From Lama glama (Eukaryota): 64,000 nt of DNA. The position numbers and the translations under genes are program-made. The stretch's first letter is position 1; every line of letters starts with the position of its first letter. The stretch is taken from the NCBI GenBank assembly GCA_028534125.1, contig CM052818.1, positions 40,612,001 through 40,676,000 on the forward strand. The letters are read 5' to 3'. Of this stretch, positions 25,567 through 38,269 are shown piece after piece. The notes beneath the pieces are model-generated. The model made no database searches, was not told the DNA's origin, and saw only the letters and a list, made by a program, of their open reading frames with translations.

Positions 25567-26719
25567 AAGGTAATTCTGAATTACGCTTATTTGGGAAAAC
25601 AGTTTTAGAAATATATAAAATGGTAAATAAATAAATAATTCCTTCTGCCTTGGAAAAAAAAAAGGACTGCCCAGAACAAAGCCTGACACTCACAAAACCA
25701 AAAGCCCTTTGAAAGCAGGGTCTCTCTCCTTCAGCTGGGGTCCCCAGGACTTCCCTAAGACAGAAGCAGGCATATGAGAGGCAGTGCTTTTTCAAGTTCA
25801 GCTACTTGGTTCACAGGTGTTACTGCCTCGTGTGTCTCATCACCCGGTACGTTTCAACTCCTCTGGTAAATAGCTCTACAGACTCCCAGCTGCCAGTTGA
25901 GACCAGAACGCAGGATTCAGAGTAACATTTTAGCTGGACGGGTTTTGTTGGGCCTGACAAGCCATCCACGGCTGCTTAGTCCACCTAGATAAAAGGACCA
26001 GCCTGGGGAACAGAGTGAGAGGAGCACCGTGGAAGGAAGCTAAGAGGTGTAGTGAAGAGGGGTCCTAGGCACATGGTGGGCTTAGACAAGGCAACAGCTT
26101 CTGCACCAAAACCTCTATTGAAGAGAGCAGTCCCAGGAAGCAGAAGACGGGGGACAGGCACACAGCAAAGAAAAAGAGGGAAAAAATACAAGAAAATACC
26201 TTATGAAGCAGGAGTCCTGCCTCCTCTACCAGCTGACTGTTCAACATCCCAAAGCAATGGCAGCTCTGAATTGTGTCTGCAGGGAAAAGAAGTGAGAAAA
26301 ATGTGCTCATGGGCCCCACAGAAGTTCACCCATGGAATGTTAACTCTTCCAACGTCCAGGTTGCTCTAGCTCAGCTGCCAAGTGGATTCTGCAGCATCTG
26401 GAGCCCAAGGGAAGCCCAGGTGGGAGGCCCATCGGGCAGGGAGAAGGCAACGCCCTAGGAGGCCTGCCTACAAGTGCCCTGAGGGACCGGGAGCAGCTTC
26501 CTGAGCAAGCGTCTCTGCCTGCAGCATCTGTGGGAGGCAGGACCTGCTCCAGGAAGGCAGGAGCTGCACAACAGAAGCCAAGCCAGCTCTGGCCGGAAAA
26601 CCGTGTGCATAAATGAAAGCTGGTGCCGAAATGTCTTGGCTTTTTCACTCTTGAGATAAATTTATTAATTAAAACTTTGTAAATCCCATAATTTTATGGA
26701 TAAAATAGCCCAGCAAAGT

Positions 26720-27235
26720 AGAAAGAGTAGAGGACATTGGGCCAATCCTGGTTCAAACCCTGGCTCTAATCTATGCTGTACAGCTCTATGACTGGGAGTG
26801 AGTCCCTCTCTGTGTGGTGGCTTCTCCATTTCAAAATGGGAGCAATAACATACTCCCAGGCTCATTTCTACCTCAGAGCCTTTGCACTTGCCATGCTTTC
26901 TGCCTGGAGTTCATGTTCCCCTTCACTTTCTTTCTGAGTGTCTCATTCTCATCATTGAGCTCTCAGCTCAAATGTCAGCTCCTCAAAGAGGCCTTTGCTG
27001 ACACCTCCATTTGAACATTCCCTGACACTACCTCACCTTTTGACTGTTTTCATGATGTTTATCTTTATCTTTGATCAACACATGCATTTGTGTTGGTCCA
27101 TGTTTATCAGCCATCTTTGCCCGTTGGAGTATGAGCTCCCCAGGAAGAGAGTCCTCATCTCATCTTGAGCTCAGAACAGCACCAGGTATATAGTAGGCAC
27201 TCACTGTACATTTATTAAATGAAAAAAGTGAATGA
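26720..27235 (+). mobile_element. MIR (~26720-26860) followed by an L2 3' end (~26860-27235)
   Basis: 'cctggttcaaaccctggctct' (MIR); 'gcctttgcacttgc...cagctcaaatgtca...gtaggcactca..atttattaaatgaa' (L2). Confidence 0.75.
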
Positions 27236-27909
27236 ACTTCCATAATCAACCAAATTCTCCCCAACTCTGAGGATACAGTAGCCAACCAAGGTCTCAGCAG
27301 TGAGGCAACATGTAGGATTAGTTCCAGCCTGAAAGCAGCTCTCACTTCAGGAGACCGCAAGGTCTGAAACAGGGCCGAGCATGAGCAGCTGGGCTGTGAC
27401 CTAGATCTGAACAGCAAACCTGGAATAAATAACTATTATGAGAAAGATCTTGAAAGATTCCAATTTTAAAAGCTTTACAAATGTTCCAAACCAAGGCTAA
27501 TGGCAAGTTCAACCCATAAACATGATATAGGTGGTCTAGGTGTCCCATCTGCTTTTGACATATTTCTCTATCCTGTCATCTCGTCAACATTTTCTGAGAC
27601 CTGCCAACGTTCCACCTTTGTGTTAGTCAGATCCCAAAGCTCTTCCGAAAAAAGCTCCTCATGTATTATTTCAGTTGACTTTTGAACACATCATCACTGG
27701 AAGGATGTAGTCTAAGGATAATCAGAACTGCATAAATATACAGAAAAAGAAACACGTTCTTGTATGAAGCCAACCCCTCCACAATGTCCCCTTGGACCAA
27801 CCCTACTCTGCAACAAGCTCCTTTCCTCCAAATCCCTTAAACACAAGTGTTTTGGGTCTGCGTCTCTCTTCTTCCCTCCAGCTTTGCTTTACCGTGCTCA
27901 CTGCAGCAA

Positions 27910-28138
27910 CATGGTGTCACAGGAAGAACACTAGATTTCTCAAACAGACTATACTTGAAATCTTGGTTCCATCATTTACTATTTGTGTGTCTTTAGACAA
28001 GTTACTCAAACTTAGCTTCATTTCCTTCGTTTGTAACACGGGCATCACACAGCGTTGTTGTGAGAAATAAATGTAAGAAGCAAATGTGAAAAAGTATGTC
28101 AAATTCCTGGCACATAGTATCTGCTCAAAGAAATGGGA
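27910..28138 (+). mobile_element. MIR SINE, tail interrupted by L1 (resumes ~28981-29025)
   Basis: 'catttactatttgtgtgtctttagacaagttactcaa...cctggcacatagta'. Confidence 0.75.
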
Positions 28139-28985
28139 ACTACTCAATATCACTAATTATCAGAGAAATGCAAATCAAAGCACAATGAGGTATCACCTCA
28201 CACCAGTGAGAATGGCCATGATTAAAAAGTCCACAAACCATAAATGCTGGAGAGGGTGTAGAGAAAAGGGAACCCTCCCGCACTGTTGTGGGAATGTAGT
28301 TTGGTGCAGCCATTATAGAAAACAGTATGGAGATTCCTTAAAAACTAAAAATAGGCTTACCCGATGATTCAGCAATCCCACTCCTGGGCATTTATCTAGA
28401 GGAGATTCTAATTTGAAAAGACACATGCACTCTAATGTTCATAGAAGTACTGTTTACAACAACAAAGTCATGGAAGCAACCTAAATGTCCATCGATAGAT
28501 GATTGGATAAAGAAGTCGGGTGTATGGATACAACAGAATATTACTCAGCCATAAGAAAGAATAAAATAATACCATTTTCAGCAACATGGATAGACCTGGA
28601 GATTGTCATACCAAGCCAGAAAGAGAAAGAAAAGTACCACATGGTATCATTTATATGTGGAATCTAAAAAAATGACACAAGTGAACTTTTTTACAAAACA
28701 GAAACAGACTCATAGACATACAGAAAAAACTTAACAGTTACGAGGAGGGATGGGGGTAGGGAGGGATAGATTAGGAGTCTGGGACTTGCAGATACTAACT
28801 ACTATATATAAAATAGACAACAAGCTCCTACTGTATAGCACAGGGAACTATATTCAATACTTTGTAATAGCTTATAATAAAAAAGAATATGGAAATGATT
28901 ATATACACATATGTATAACTGAACCACTATGCTGTACACTGGAAAGTAACCCAACATTGTAAACCAACTATACTTCAAATAAAAA
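28139..28985 (+). mobile_element. 5'-truncated L1 (ORF2 C-terminus plus 3'UTR) with TSD
   Basis: ORF track gives [30 protein letters not shown], the L1 ORF2 cysteine-rich region. TSD aagaaatggga (28128-28138) / aaaaaatggga (28981-28991). Confidence 0.93.
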
Positions 28986-30089
28986 ATGGGAGCAACTATT
29001 ACTACTACTGCTATTGTTAATATTATTTCCGTTATTCCTTCCTCTCTACCTGTCTTGTCAGTTGGTCTAACTGTTGGGCCAGAGAGTACTTTTTTTTTTC
29101 CTGTTGCTTCTTAATTCTTGATAATACTATAATAATGGTAGATTTTACCCCAAACCTTATTGATCAGGTTTGTTTTCATACAGCTGAAGAGCTGAGTTCC
29201 ACAAACATTTATTGAACCTTCACAACGTGTCAAAAACTGTGGTAGATGCCTACATATGCGTTAGATGGAAGAGGAGGTCAGTCCATGGTGTACCTCAAGG
29301 GCACCAGAAATGTCAGGAGACTCTTCCTTTCTCTGATGGCTGATGTTTAGAATTCAAAGTGCAAACCCCCTGGAAGGGCTCTTTTTTTTTTGAATCCCTA
29401 TTGGTAATTGAGGGGCCTGAGAGCATTTTCCTGGAATAAAGAAAGAGAATGAAGACTCTGACAACTGAAGGGAGGAGAGAGGGCCAGGAGCAAGAAAGCT
29501 AGAGGACCTCAGGCGAATTGGCTCTTACTCAGTCTTTTTCAAAGGAAAGGCTGCAAAGCAACTGTCTGAGAGCTGTGTCACTGAGTGAAATAGTCACCTA
29601 AGTGACAGTAGAGCATGTGGCCTCTCTGGAACCTTCCACAGTAGGCAAAATCTGCCTTGTCCCTCTCTGTACCCTGTGGATCACATGAATCCTACTCAAC
29701 CTGCAGCATCAACTCAACCCAGGAGCTGGTGGAATATATGGCTTCCCTCCCACTCTGTCCTGAATTGGAGATCACTTTCTTAATTTATGGGCTTCCCAGT
29801 ATCACCACGGCTCAGGCATTATCCTGGGAACAAAGCCAGACTGAGACATGGGGTAAGAGCTGATGAGACTTCCCACCTGCCATTGCTGGATCCGGTTGCT
29901 GGCCAGTCTAATTGTCAGAGAGGGCTTCTCCAGCATCCAGCTGCCTTCAGCTTCAATTCCAAACAGCAACACTGGAAGCGATTGCCTCAGTGTCTCCTGG
30001 CAATAGCCAGCCCATAAATGCATACAGTTACCTCACCTGTCATCAGAAGATCTTTGTTTCGATTGTTTAGAAATTTAGTTGAGTTTGGT

Positions 30090-30600
30090 AAGCCATGGTG
30101 CAGGTCTGGCCTGACCCCCATGGAGGAATCAGAGATGGATAAATAAGGGTTCTTGCTCTCAAGAAACTTGCAGACTAGTGGAGAAGAAAGACTCAAACAC
30201 AGAGAGTGACTCAGGAGCACTCCACAGAACGCTGACAAAGAGACACATAGAAGATGATTGACTCTAATAAGCTGCAGAATGGAATATTTATAAAATAGGT
30301 GTTTTCTAAATTGGAATGAAATCCACATAAAGAGTAAGGAACAGTTGGTGCTGACCAAACCAAGCATGGGGAAAAGGGCCCTTGCAGGAGGGAAGAGCTC
30401 TGCCCAGGCAGAGAAACCTGGGTACCACAAGCAGGTCAAACAGCAGAAGGAGAACAGAGGCGGGAAGGCTGAGAGTTGCCGCCAGTCTGATGCAGCAGGA
30501 GTTTATGGGAGAGTGAAGGCAGGCTGGAAAGAGGGGTCAGATTATGGTTTGGGAGCGATTGTAGAATACAGAGAGAGCTTTGAGGCTTTACTTTAAAAAA
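30090..30600 (-). mobile_element. L2 LINE remnant
   Basis: 'cttgctctcaagaaacttgcagactagtgg' and 'ggggtcagattatgg...gagctttgaggctttac'. Confidence 0.6.
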
Positions 30601-31474
30601 GCACAAAACTTGCTTTCCACCCCCTCCAAGCAGTTAAGGTTTGACAAAGGTCATGGAATACAGAATGCCCTGCGGCAGACACTCTGAGGGCTGGATGGGA
30701 GGGACTCCACTGCCGGCCAGATGCCAGGGAAAGATGAGAGAGAGTTCCTATGGCCAAGACCCTGCTGGACCCCACTCAAAGGCAAACTGCAAGAGGCGGG
30801 GAGAATCATATAAAGCTGTGGGTACTGAAAATAACTTCTTTGTATTTTGACAGCCTTTCTCTTGGAAAAAAAAAAAGATACCTGGTGGATTGGCTGGGTC
30901 TCAGTCGATGTCCCAATGAGTCCTGTAGACAAGTAGATAGACAGGCGGCACGTGCAGTCGCCGTCATCAGGGTGTGCATTCATTCGTAGGAGCCTGGTGA
31001 GCCCAGAGGTGAAGCATTCCTCCCAACCGACAGACCCACCCAGGGCAGAGCTGCCTTATCACCCAAAGGCCATGCAGGAAACTCCAAGGAGCCTTGGCGC
31101 AAGGAAGCACATTCGCTGACTCACTCCCTCATCTACTGCACAAATATTTGTGGAGTTCACCCCAATGATTAAATCCTTTCAACAAAGGGAAAGGACTTGA
31201 CTGTACTCTTTATTGGTTATTGGATTTTTCATTTCTCAGTGTGGAGGTGGAGAAGAAGATGCAATAAAGGCAAACAGTTTGAAATTGATTGTTTGCTTCT
31301 CTCCTGGGTAATTTCCTGGCAACTGACAAAATACACAGACTATGAGAATTAGGCAGGAAACTTATTGTAAAACCTCTTTCTTTGTATTTTAGATTTTTAA
31401 AAATCCCTTTAAGCCTCAATTTTCTTATTTTTAAAATGAGAATAATAACAGTAACCTCACAGGACAGCCATGAG

Positions 31475-31612
31475 CAGGTTCAGCACCATGTGGCCGTGGA
31501 AAGCAATGCAGTGCAGAGCTCTAGGGGGCGCCATTCACATAGACCATAGTGTGAATGGTGCCTGCTGGAGTTGAGCAGTACACAACCTCCACAACTGTAT
31601 GTGGCAGCCCTG
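31475..31612. mobile_element. MER91A hAT-Tip100 palindromic MITE
   Basis: Hairpin core 'gcgccattcacat-agaccat-agtgtgaatggtgc'; termini cagg...ccctg. Confidence 0.85.
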
Positions 31613-32429
31613 GTGCTGAGAGATGTTCAAGGGAATAATGCTATGAAGTCTCTTTATAAACTGAAAAGGGCTGCTATAAAGATTATAACTATTGCCCAGG
31701 ACATCCAAGGAACTATTTAAATCCCAACAGTGAAGCCAGGGGCATGACTGAGCTCTGAGCAGCTTGAATTGATGACAGGAGTAGGCACAATGGCAACAAA
31801 GAACATTACCACTGCAGATAGGAACACTTACAAGCCATTTGACCTGCTTAAGGAAGTAGAATGAAGACCACAGGGAACAAAATAAGCAAATAATCACAGT
31901 AGCAGACATATGTTGAGTGTTTATTTTATTACAGACACTACTCAAAGCACATTACACATATATTCTAATTTAATCATTACTACCACTCTGTTAGGTGGGT
32001 ACTGTCATCACCCCAATTTTGCAGCTAAGAAAACGATGCACAATTATATTAAGTACAAGACCAGGGGACCATGGTGGGTAAGCAGTGGAGCAAAGAGCTG
32101 GAGCCAGGCAAGCTTCTTCAATCACTTCCTGCCTCAGTAGAAGATAAACTGTGCTGCTCATGAGGCTTCAGGATCTGGGCACCAGCCACGTGGTGGGGAA
32201 ACAGACGAGGCCAACAGATAAGCACCAATGAGGCTCTGGGTGCTCGCAGATGCTGGTCCCTCCACTAGGGCTTGTACTGTATCTAAGGCAATCAGAAAAC
32301 CCAGGGGACAATATATGAATTAGAAAAGCCCATTCACTCACATGGCCCTGTGCAAGTAGGTGTTAAGCAAAAGGAGAGAATTTCCTTTTTTTTTTTTAAT
32401 GCTTAGAAGTCAGCTAGGTTCTTTGTTTG

Positions 32430-32554
32430 CTTTAATTTTAATTTTTATTTATTTTTTAATTGAAGTACAGTTGGTTTATAATGTGTTAATTTCTGATGTA
32501 CAGCATAGTGATTTAGTTATACATTTATATATATAACATTTATATATATGTGTG

Positions 32555-32602
<48 letters not shown>
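32430..32602 (-). repeat. L1 3' tip running into a (TA)n/(TG)n microsatellite
   Basis: 'ttttaattgaagtacagttggtttataatgtgttaatttctg' followed by a long (TA)n run ending at 32602. Confidence 0.85.
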
Positions 32603-32606
<4 letters not shown>

Positions 32607-33339
32607 TTGATACTCATTTTTTTCCATGTCTTTGATCATCTATCTTGATGAAGGATGTGACACTTTTGCATTGTCATGAAACAAATGGACCCATGGCTGA
32701 TGTTTCATAACATATATACCTGATGTTATGTATTTGTAATATTTCTATCAGGTTTCAGTTATTCAGTCCTTTTCCCCATCTCAAACGTCATCATATTACC
32801 TGGGGTGGGGAGGGGCAACAGGACTCATCATCTTCCTTCTTCCTAATAAGATGCTTATGGCTGATGGATGAAGTCAAAACTGGGAATGTCCTAAAGACCA
32901 GATGAGCATTCAGAGTTGAGAGGGGAGCAAGAGATTGGGTCCAGTTAGGCAGAGAAGGAGTTTAAGCAAGTCCCTAAATCAAGGGTCCAAAGATTGGTAA
33001 CGGGCTGGAACACAGATAAAGATGGGGGCTCCACAGAAGATGGAACAGCAGCTGGTGGAGAGTGGGTGAGAAGATATGCTGACCCCTGACCAGGAGTGGG
33101 TGTTTATTTAAAGCTGTGTGTAAACGGCTGCAAAGGTTGGGTGCTGGAGTGCTAAGTAGACACAGAGACAAAGGACTACTGCAGAGGACAGGGAAACACA
33201 AACCAATGGACAAGAGAAACTGGAGGGGGTGTTGCATTTGTCCAAAATGTTTATTTAAAACTCTTGCTTCAAAGTTTTCTTCTCCATCAATCTGAAATAT
33301 TCCTGTCCTCTGTGTAAACCCTGAATCTTTCATGGTGGT

Positions 33340-34835
33340 GGCTACTTTAGGAAAAGTAGTGAGAACCGATGTGGTTTTCCAGGCCAGCCATTGTCCTTGT
33401 CTCCTCCCTAAAATGCTCTCACCTGGCACACCAGCTCCCACGGTAACATTATCTTACTCACCAACCCGCCCAAGTCATACATAGAACCCTCGGACCTTTC
33501 AGTGACTTGACGTTGTCTCTGCCTATGATCTGCCCTCAAGCCCCTTAGCCCCCTCCCATGGCCTTACATTAGTCTGTGTAACACTAAAGGCACTGGTCCC
33601 TCCCCTGGTCTTAATTTCAGACACACTACCTGTGGTCCTTGTGCATATCTTTCTATCTCACTCTAGTATCTATCCCCATAATTCTGTGACCCCCACCAGG
33701 ACCTCAAGTATTTTGATCTTTTCCTTGCTCAGTTTCCTTCCCTCTACACCCAGAATGGGTTAGTCTGGTTCATCAGTATGATTTCTCCCTGCCCCTTCCT
33801 TCTCATTTGGTCCACCTCTTCCAGCTGTAACTGAGGGGAAGCTAGGCCCTCCATCCCCTTCCTCCTGGGACTGTGCTACAGCGGATGGACCGAGTGGGTA
33901 TCAACCAAATCCAAACTGTCGCTGGAGAATAGTACACAATCCTTCTGGCTGGTCTTCCTTGAAATTCCTGACCAGGACTTCGTGGTGCCCGGCAGTTCTC
34001 ATTTTCTGAGTTTATTCACTCTCCCATTCTGCCAAATGCTATTTTCTGCCTTGCCATCTCCTTGAACGCTTCTAACTAACCATTCCCCTCCCTTGCTAGC
34101 TTTTGGCTGATTACTCTGCTTCTTAATTCACTGAGGAAAGAAAAGCAATCAGAAGAGATATTTCACAGGCTTCCATCATCACATCTTCATTTGTACCCAT
34201 ATCTCTTCTTTCCTTCCCGTCATTACAGTTACCTAGTTGTGCTGCTTCCTGAGGCACAGTTTAAAATGTAAGCCAAATGATGTCACTCCTCTGCTCAAAA
34301 TTCAACAGCTGTGTGTTTCACTCAAGATTCAGAAAACAAAGAAAAAAACAAACAAAGCTTCTCATCATAATCTGCCCATTCTTCATACTTCTCACCACCT
34401 GTCCAGACTCATTTGCCCCTTATTCCCTGTGTCTACAGACCTCACGAGCTCCCTGCCATTCCAGAAACTCTGCATGTACACACCTACCTCAGGACCTTTG
34501 CACTTGCTGTCTTGCTTGAAATGCTCTTCCCCCTGATATTCTGAAGCCTCCTTCCCTCACTGGCACCAGGTGTTTTCAAATGTTAACTCCTCAAAAAGGC
34601 ATTTCCTAACCACCCTACCTATAACACCCATCTTGGCATTTCCTAACCCCCTTCCTTACCTTTATTCTCTCCGTGGCAGGTGGCTTTTTTCTGTTGTATT
34701 TGTTGTCTTCCCCTTGCACTTGAATGTAAACTCTTTGGAAACCAGACTCTTGTCTCTTTTGTTTACTACAAGTGAAAAAATGTACCTAGTACAGTGTCTG
34801 GAATTTGTAATACCTTTTGAATGAATAAATGAATC
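33340..34835 (+). mobile_element. Long degraded L2 (internal ORF2 region to 3' tail)
   Basis: 'gatgtcactcctctgctcaaaa', 'ctcaggacctttgcacttgctgt', 'gaatgtaaactc' and tail 'tgaatgaataaatgaat'; the 5' part is pyrimidine-rich and resembles L2 internal sequence. Confidence 0.65.
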
Positions 34836-36984
34836 TGACTTATAACAGTAGATTTTACATAAGGTTTTGTTCCCATGAAAGGTACCATGCCTTACGAAAA
34901 AGTGAAGTCTGAAAACCACTGCTCTTGATTACAGAAGCTATTTCTCAGACAAATTTAGCCCATTGCTTTGAAACATTTTGAAATAATAGTTCTATTTTGG
35001 GTATCTTGGACTCTCCACTTGGCAGTGACAGTATTACATCCAAAATAGAGGCCCTGGTATTTTGGAGTAAGCAATTGTTTCTATGCCTTCCCCCGTTTGG
35101 GGGTTTTAAATGATGCTTCTCTGCAGCACGATCTGTAAGTTCTCACCATGAGGCTGAGACATGGTGATAAGAGGGTCCCTAAACAGCATTGTCAGCGTGA
35201 CAAGATTACTAGGCAGTATTTCTAACATCACGACTGGGCCCTGAAATGAATGACCTGGGCTGAGGCTGATTCCTGAAGCCCTTTCAGTGCAGCTTCTCTG
35301 TCTGATTCTTTTGAAGCCAGACTGACTGTCCTTGGTTTATTTCTTTCCAAGCCAAGGGAAGGCTGTCTCGAGTTGATAAAGAGAGAGGGGTCACATTAAC
35401 CACTCATGGAGCCTTGTGTTTCTTTAAAAATTCCTTGAACACTGACCTAATCATTGATCCATTCCCACGTCTAGAGAGGAAACTGCATGAAGACAGAAAC
35501 TTAGCAGGCCTTGGTCACTTGTTCACCAGCTTGTACCGCAGTTCCTAACACAGGCAGCAGCCACAAGTAACTACCGGATGAGTAAATGAATATAATGAAG
35601 CTACACACTTATTCTGCAAAAGATTTGCTCAGTACCTTCCATGTGTCTGGCACAGACGGAGACACAAAGGACAGTGCTCAAGATGGAGAGGCCAAAGATA
35701 CAGGCTCTCTGATGGGTGGGAACAAAACATGAATCTTACCCTTGGGGGCTCGCAGCCTGGGGTGGCATGAAGACAGATACACAGACAACTGCCTCTGCGA
35801 AGAAGGGTGGGGCAACAGTAAATAAAGTTATAAGGAGTGTGGGAGCCCAAGGAAAGGGCAGGTAAGTCTGACCTGGAGGGGGCGGTCAGAGAACAGCCCT
35901 GTGAAAATGAAGCTGAGGTTGCGCCTTCAAGGAGGAATCCTTCAGTCAGTGCTACAGGCAGAAGAGCAGTAAAAAAAGATCAAGGTGGTCTTTTCTCCTT
36001 GAATCTTCCAACGAAACAATGGGCTAAATGGCAGAGACACTCTCTGCAGTGAAGGACCATTTAAAAAGTGTCTGACCCATTGTGGACTGATAGGCAGAAA
36101 TGCCAAAGCAATGTCAATTTGCTTACAAAGGGTCCTGAATCCTTGCTCTCACTTTCCATACTTGTCTCGTTGTAGACCAATAATAAGCACTTTGAGAGGC
36201 ACTGACCTAGGAGCGGGTTGATGGCATCCGAGAAAAAGTTGGGCTGCACGACTGTGTGATTTGGAAGCAGGTCAACATCTGTCCGATTGCAGAGGCAAGC
36301 TCACGGCCGGGCCAGACTCAGCCACGGAGGGCCCAGGTGTCCGGCTATAAGAAGCAACCCCACACTCTTACTTCTGTAGCTGTTACCTACGATGCCTGTG
36401 CATTCTATGGAGAACATGGGTTGCCACAGAATTAAGGATTATGTGAGACCTTTACCACTGACACGCTGTTAATTCAGGTTTTTCCTGATATGCTTTTTTT
36501 TTTTTAAAAGAAACTCTCAGAAGTGTTGAGCTTTGATCCCCGTCTGTGCTGTAGAGCAGATACACCCTGCAGTCCTTCAAGGGAGGGACATGAAATGTTT
36601 CTAAGTTAGTGACCTTGGGGTCCCACAGAAAGGATTTTCCTCTCTAAGTGTTATGTAGACGTACAGTAGAATGACTGCTTTCAACATTACTATCATCTTT
36701 GATAAAAGATGTTTCTCAATTATTCAAATTTAAACCTCCATTTAAGTTAAATGAAACAGATCTACCATGAGTTCAGAAGTAAAAGCATACCTTGGCTGGT
36801 TTGCAGTTACTTTACAAACGCACGTTATCACACATCCTAGGATGGTTGTAAGAGGGAGAGGGTTTCACGAGCAGAGATTTCAAGGGAAAGAACTCCTTTC
36901 CATCAGAACTCCAGTAAAAGGAGACAAGGAACAAACTTTGAGCTCTTCTACTCGACATCGTACTGGAGGCTTAGTTAGCACCTT

Positions 36985-38030
36985 AACAAAAAACAAAACA
37001 GAAAACAAAAAGAAAGAAGAGATATAAAAACTGAGGGAAAAAGAAACAAAATATATTATTTGTAAGGACTATAACTTTTTATGTTGAAAATGCAAGATAA
37101 TCTATGATGCATAATTAGAATTATTTGGAGAGTTTGTCAAATTTACAAGATAAAAATTCAGTATAAAAATAACTATATTTCTGTTTGTCAACAATAAAAG
37201 TCTAGAAATTTTAAATTTTAAAAAGTGTACCTTTATAATAGCAACAATAACAATAAAAAAACCCTGACAATATTCAGGAATAAATCTAACAAAAGATATG
37301 CAGGATCCTTATGGAGAATATTATAAAATTTTACTGAAAGACTTAAAAAAAAACAATGAAAGATAATTAAGAGCTACAGATACAATGTTCTTGGAAAAGA
37401 AGACTTAATGTTGTATACTTGCCAAATCTCCCCAAATGCATGTAAAAATTCAATGCAATGACAATTTACATTCCATACAGAGTTGTGTGTGGAATTTGGA
37501 AAAATGAGGAAAGGGGAGAGAAGAAGAAGGAAAATATTGTAGAAATTATGGGAAAAAAATGGTACTGGTTCAGGCACAGGAGAAAAAAGATCACAGACTT
37601 ATCTTATGACAATGTTAGAATTGCAGATATGTGGACAAATGAGACTATTCAATAACAGACGTTGTAGTATTTGATTATCTTTTTTAAATTTTTGGTGGCG
37701 GGGGAGGTAATTAGGTTTATTTATTTACTTATTTTAGAGGAGGTACTGGGGATTGTGCATGAGGACCTTGTGCATGCTAGCCATTGCACTCTTCCACTTG
37801 AGCTATATCCTACCCCCAGTATTTGATTACCTATATGGAAAAATTCATGAAATTGGTTCCCTACCTCACACTATACCTAGAATCAGTTCCAAGGTAACTA
37901 AATGCTTAATTGTAAAGGGAGAGCCATAAAAGATTTAGAAGACAGTATCAGAGAATTCCATCGTGATCTTGTGGTAGGAAGGGGTTTTTAAAACAAGAGT
38001 GTCCAAAACATTAGGAAAAAGATTGCATTG
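36985..38030 (+). mobile_element. Old L1M ORF2 fragment, interrupted by a SINE
   Basis: 'aggaataaatctaacaaaagatatgcaggatcct', 'aaattcaatgcaat' and 'tccctacctcacactata'. Confidence 0.8.
37681..37816 (-). mobile_element. tRNA-derived camelid SINE (Vic-1 type) with 16-bp TSD
   Basis: Reverse complement: GGGGTAGGATATAGCTCAAGTGG (A box)...AATCCCCAGTACCTCC...AAATAAACCTAATTACCTCCCCC plus A tail. TSD tagtatttgattatct (37665-37680) / cagtatttgattacct (37817-37832). Confidence 0.9.
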
Positions 38031-38086
38031 TTTCTTTATGTCCCAGTGACATAAAGGATTGAGGTCACAGTGCACATGCCTCACAG

Positions 38087-38269
38087 CAGAGGTTCTCAAT
38101 GTGTGGTCCTCAGCCAGCAGGGTCAGCATCACCTGGGACCTTGTTAGAAATGCAAATTCTCAGGCCCCACCCCGACCCACTAAATCAGAAACTCTGGAGG
38201 TGGGGCGAGGGATCTGCATTCACAAGTTTTCCAGATGATTCTGTTGCATACAAAGACCGAGAACCACTG
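38087..38269. mobile_element. MER5A hAT-Charlie MITE, full length
   Basis: TIRs cagaggttctc / gagaaccactg; internal 'catcacctgggaccttgttagaaatgcaaattctcaggcccc'. Confidence 0.93.

Noticed and set aside
28086..28367. 93-aa ORF with a Cys/His-rich motif
   Set aside because: Frameshifted L1 ORF2 C-terminal remnant, not a host gene.
29987..30439. 150-aa ORF (likewise the 136-aa ORF at 31535 and the 155-aa ORF at 32974)
   Set aside because: They overlap L2, MIR or MITE remnants, with no recognisable domain or exon structure.
37740..37816. tRNA gene
   Set aside because: It is the tRNA-derived head of a SINE with a tail, a TSD and a damaged B box.
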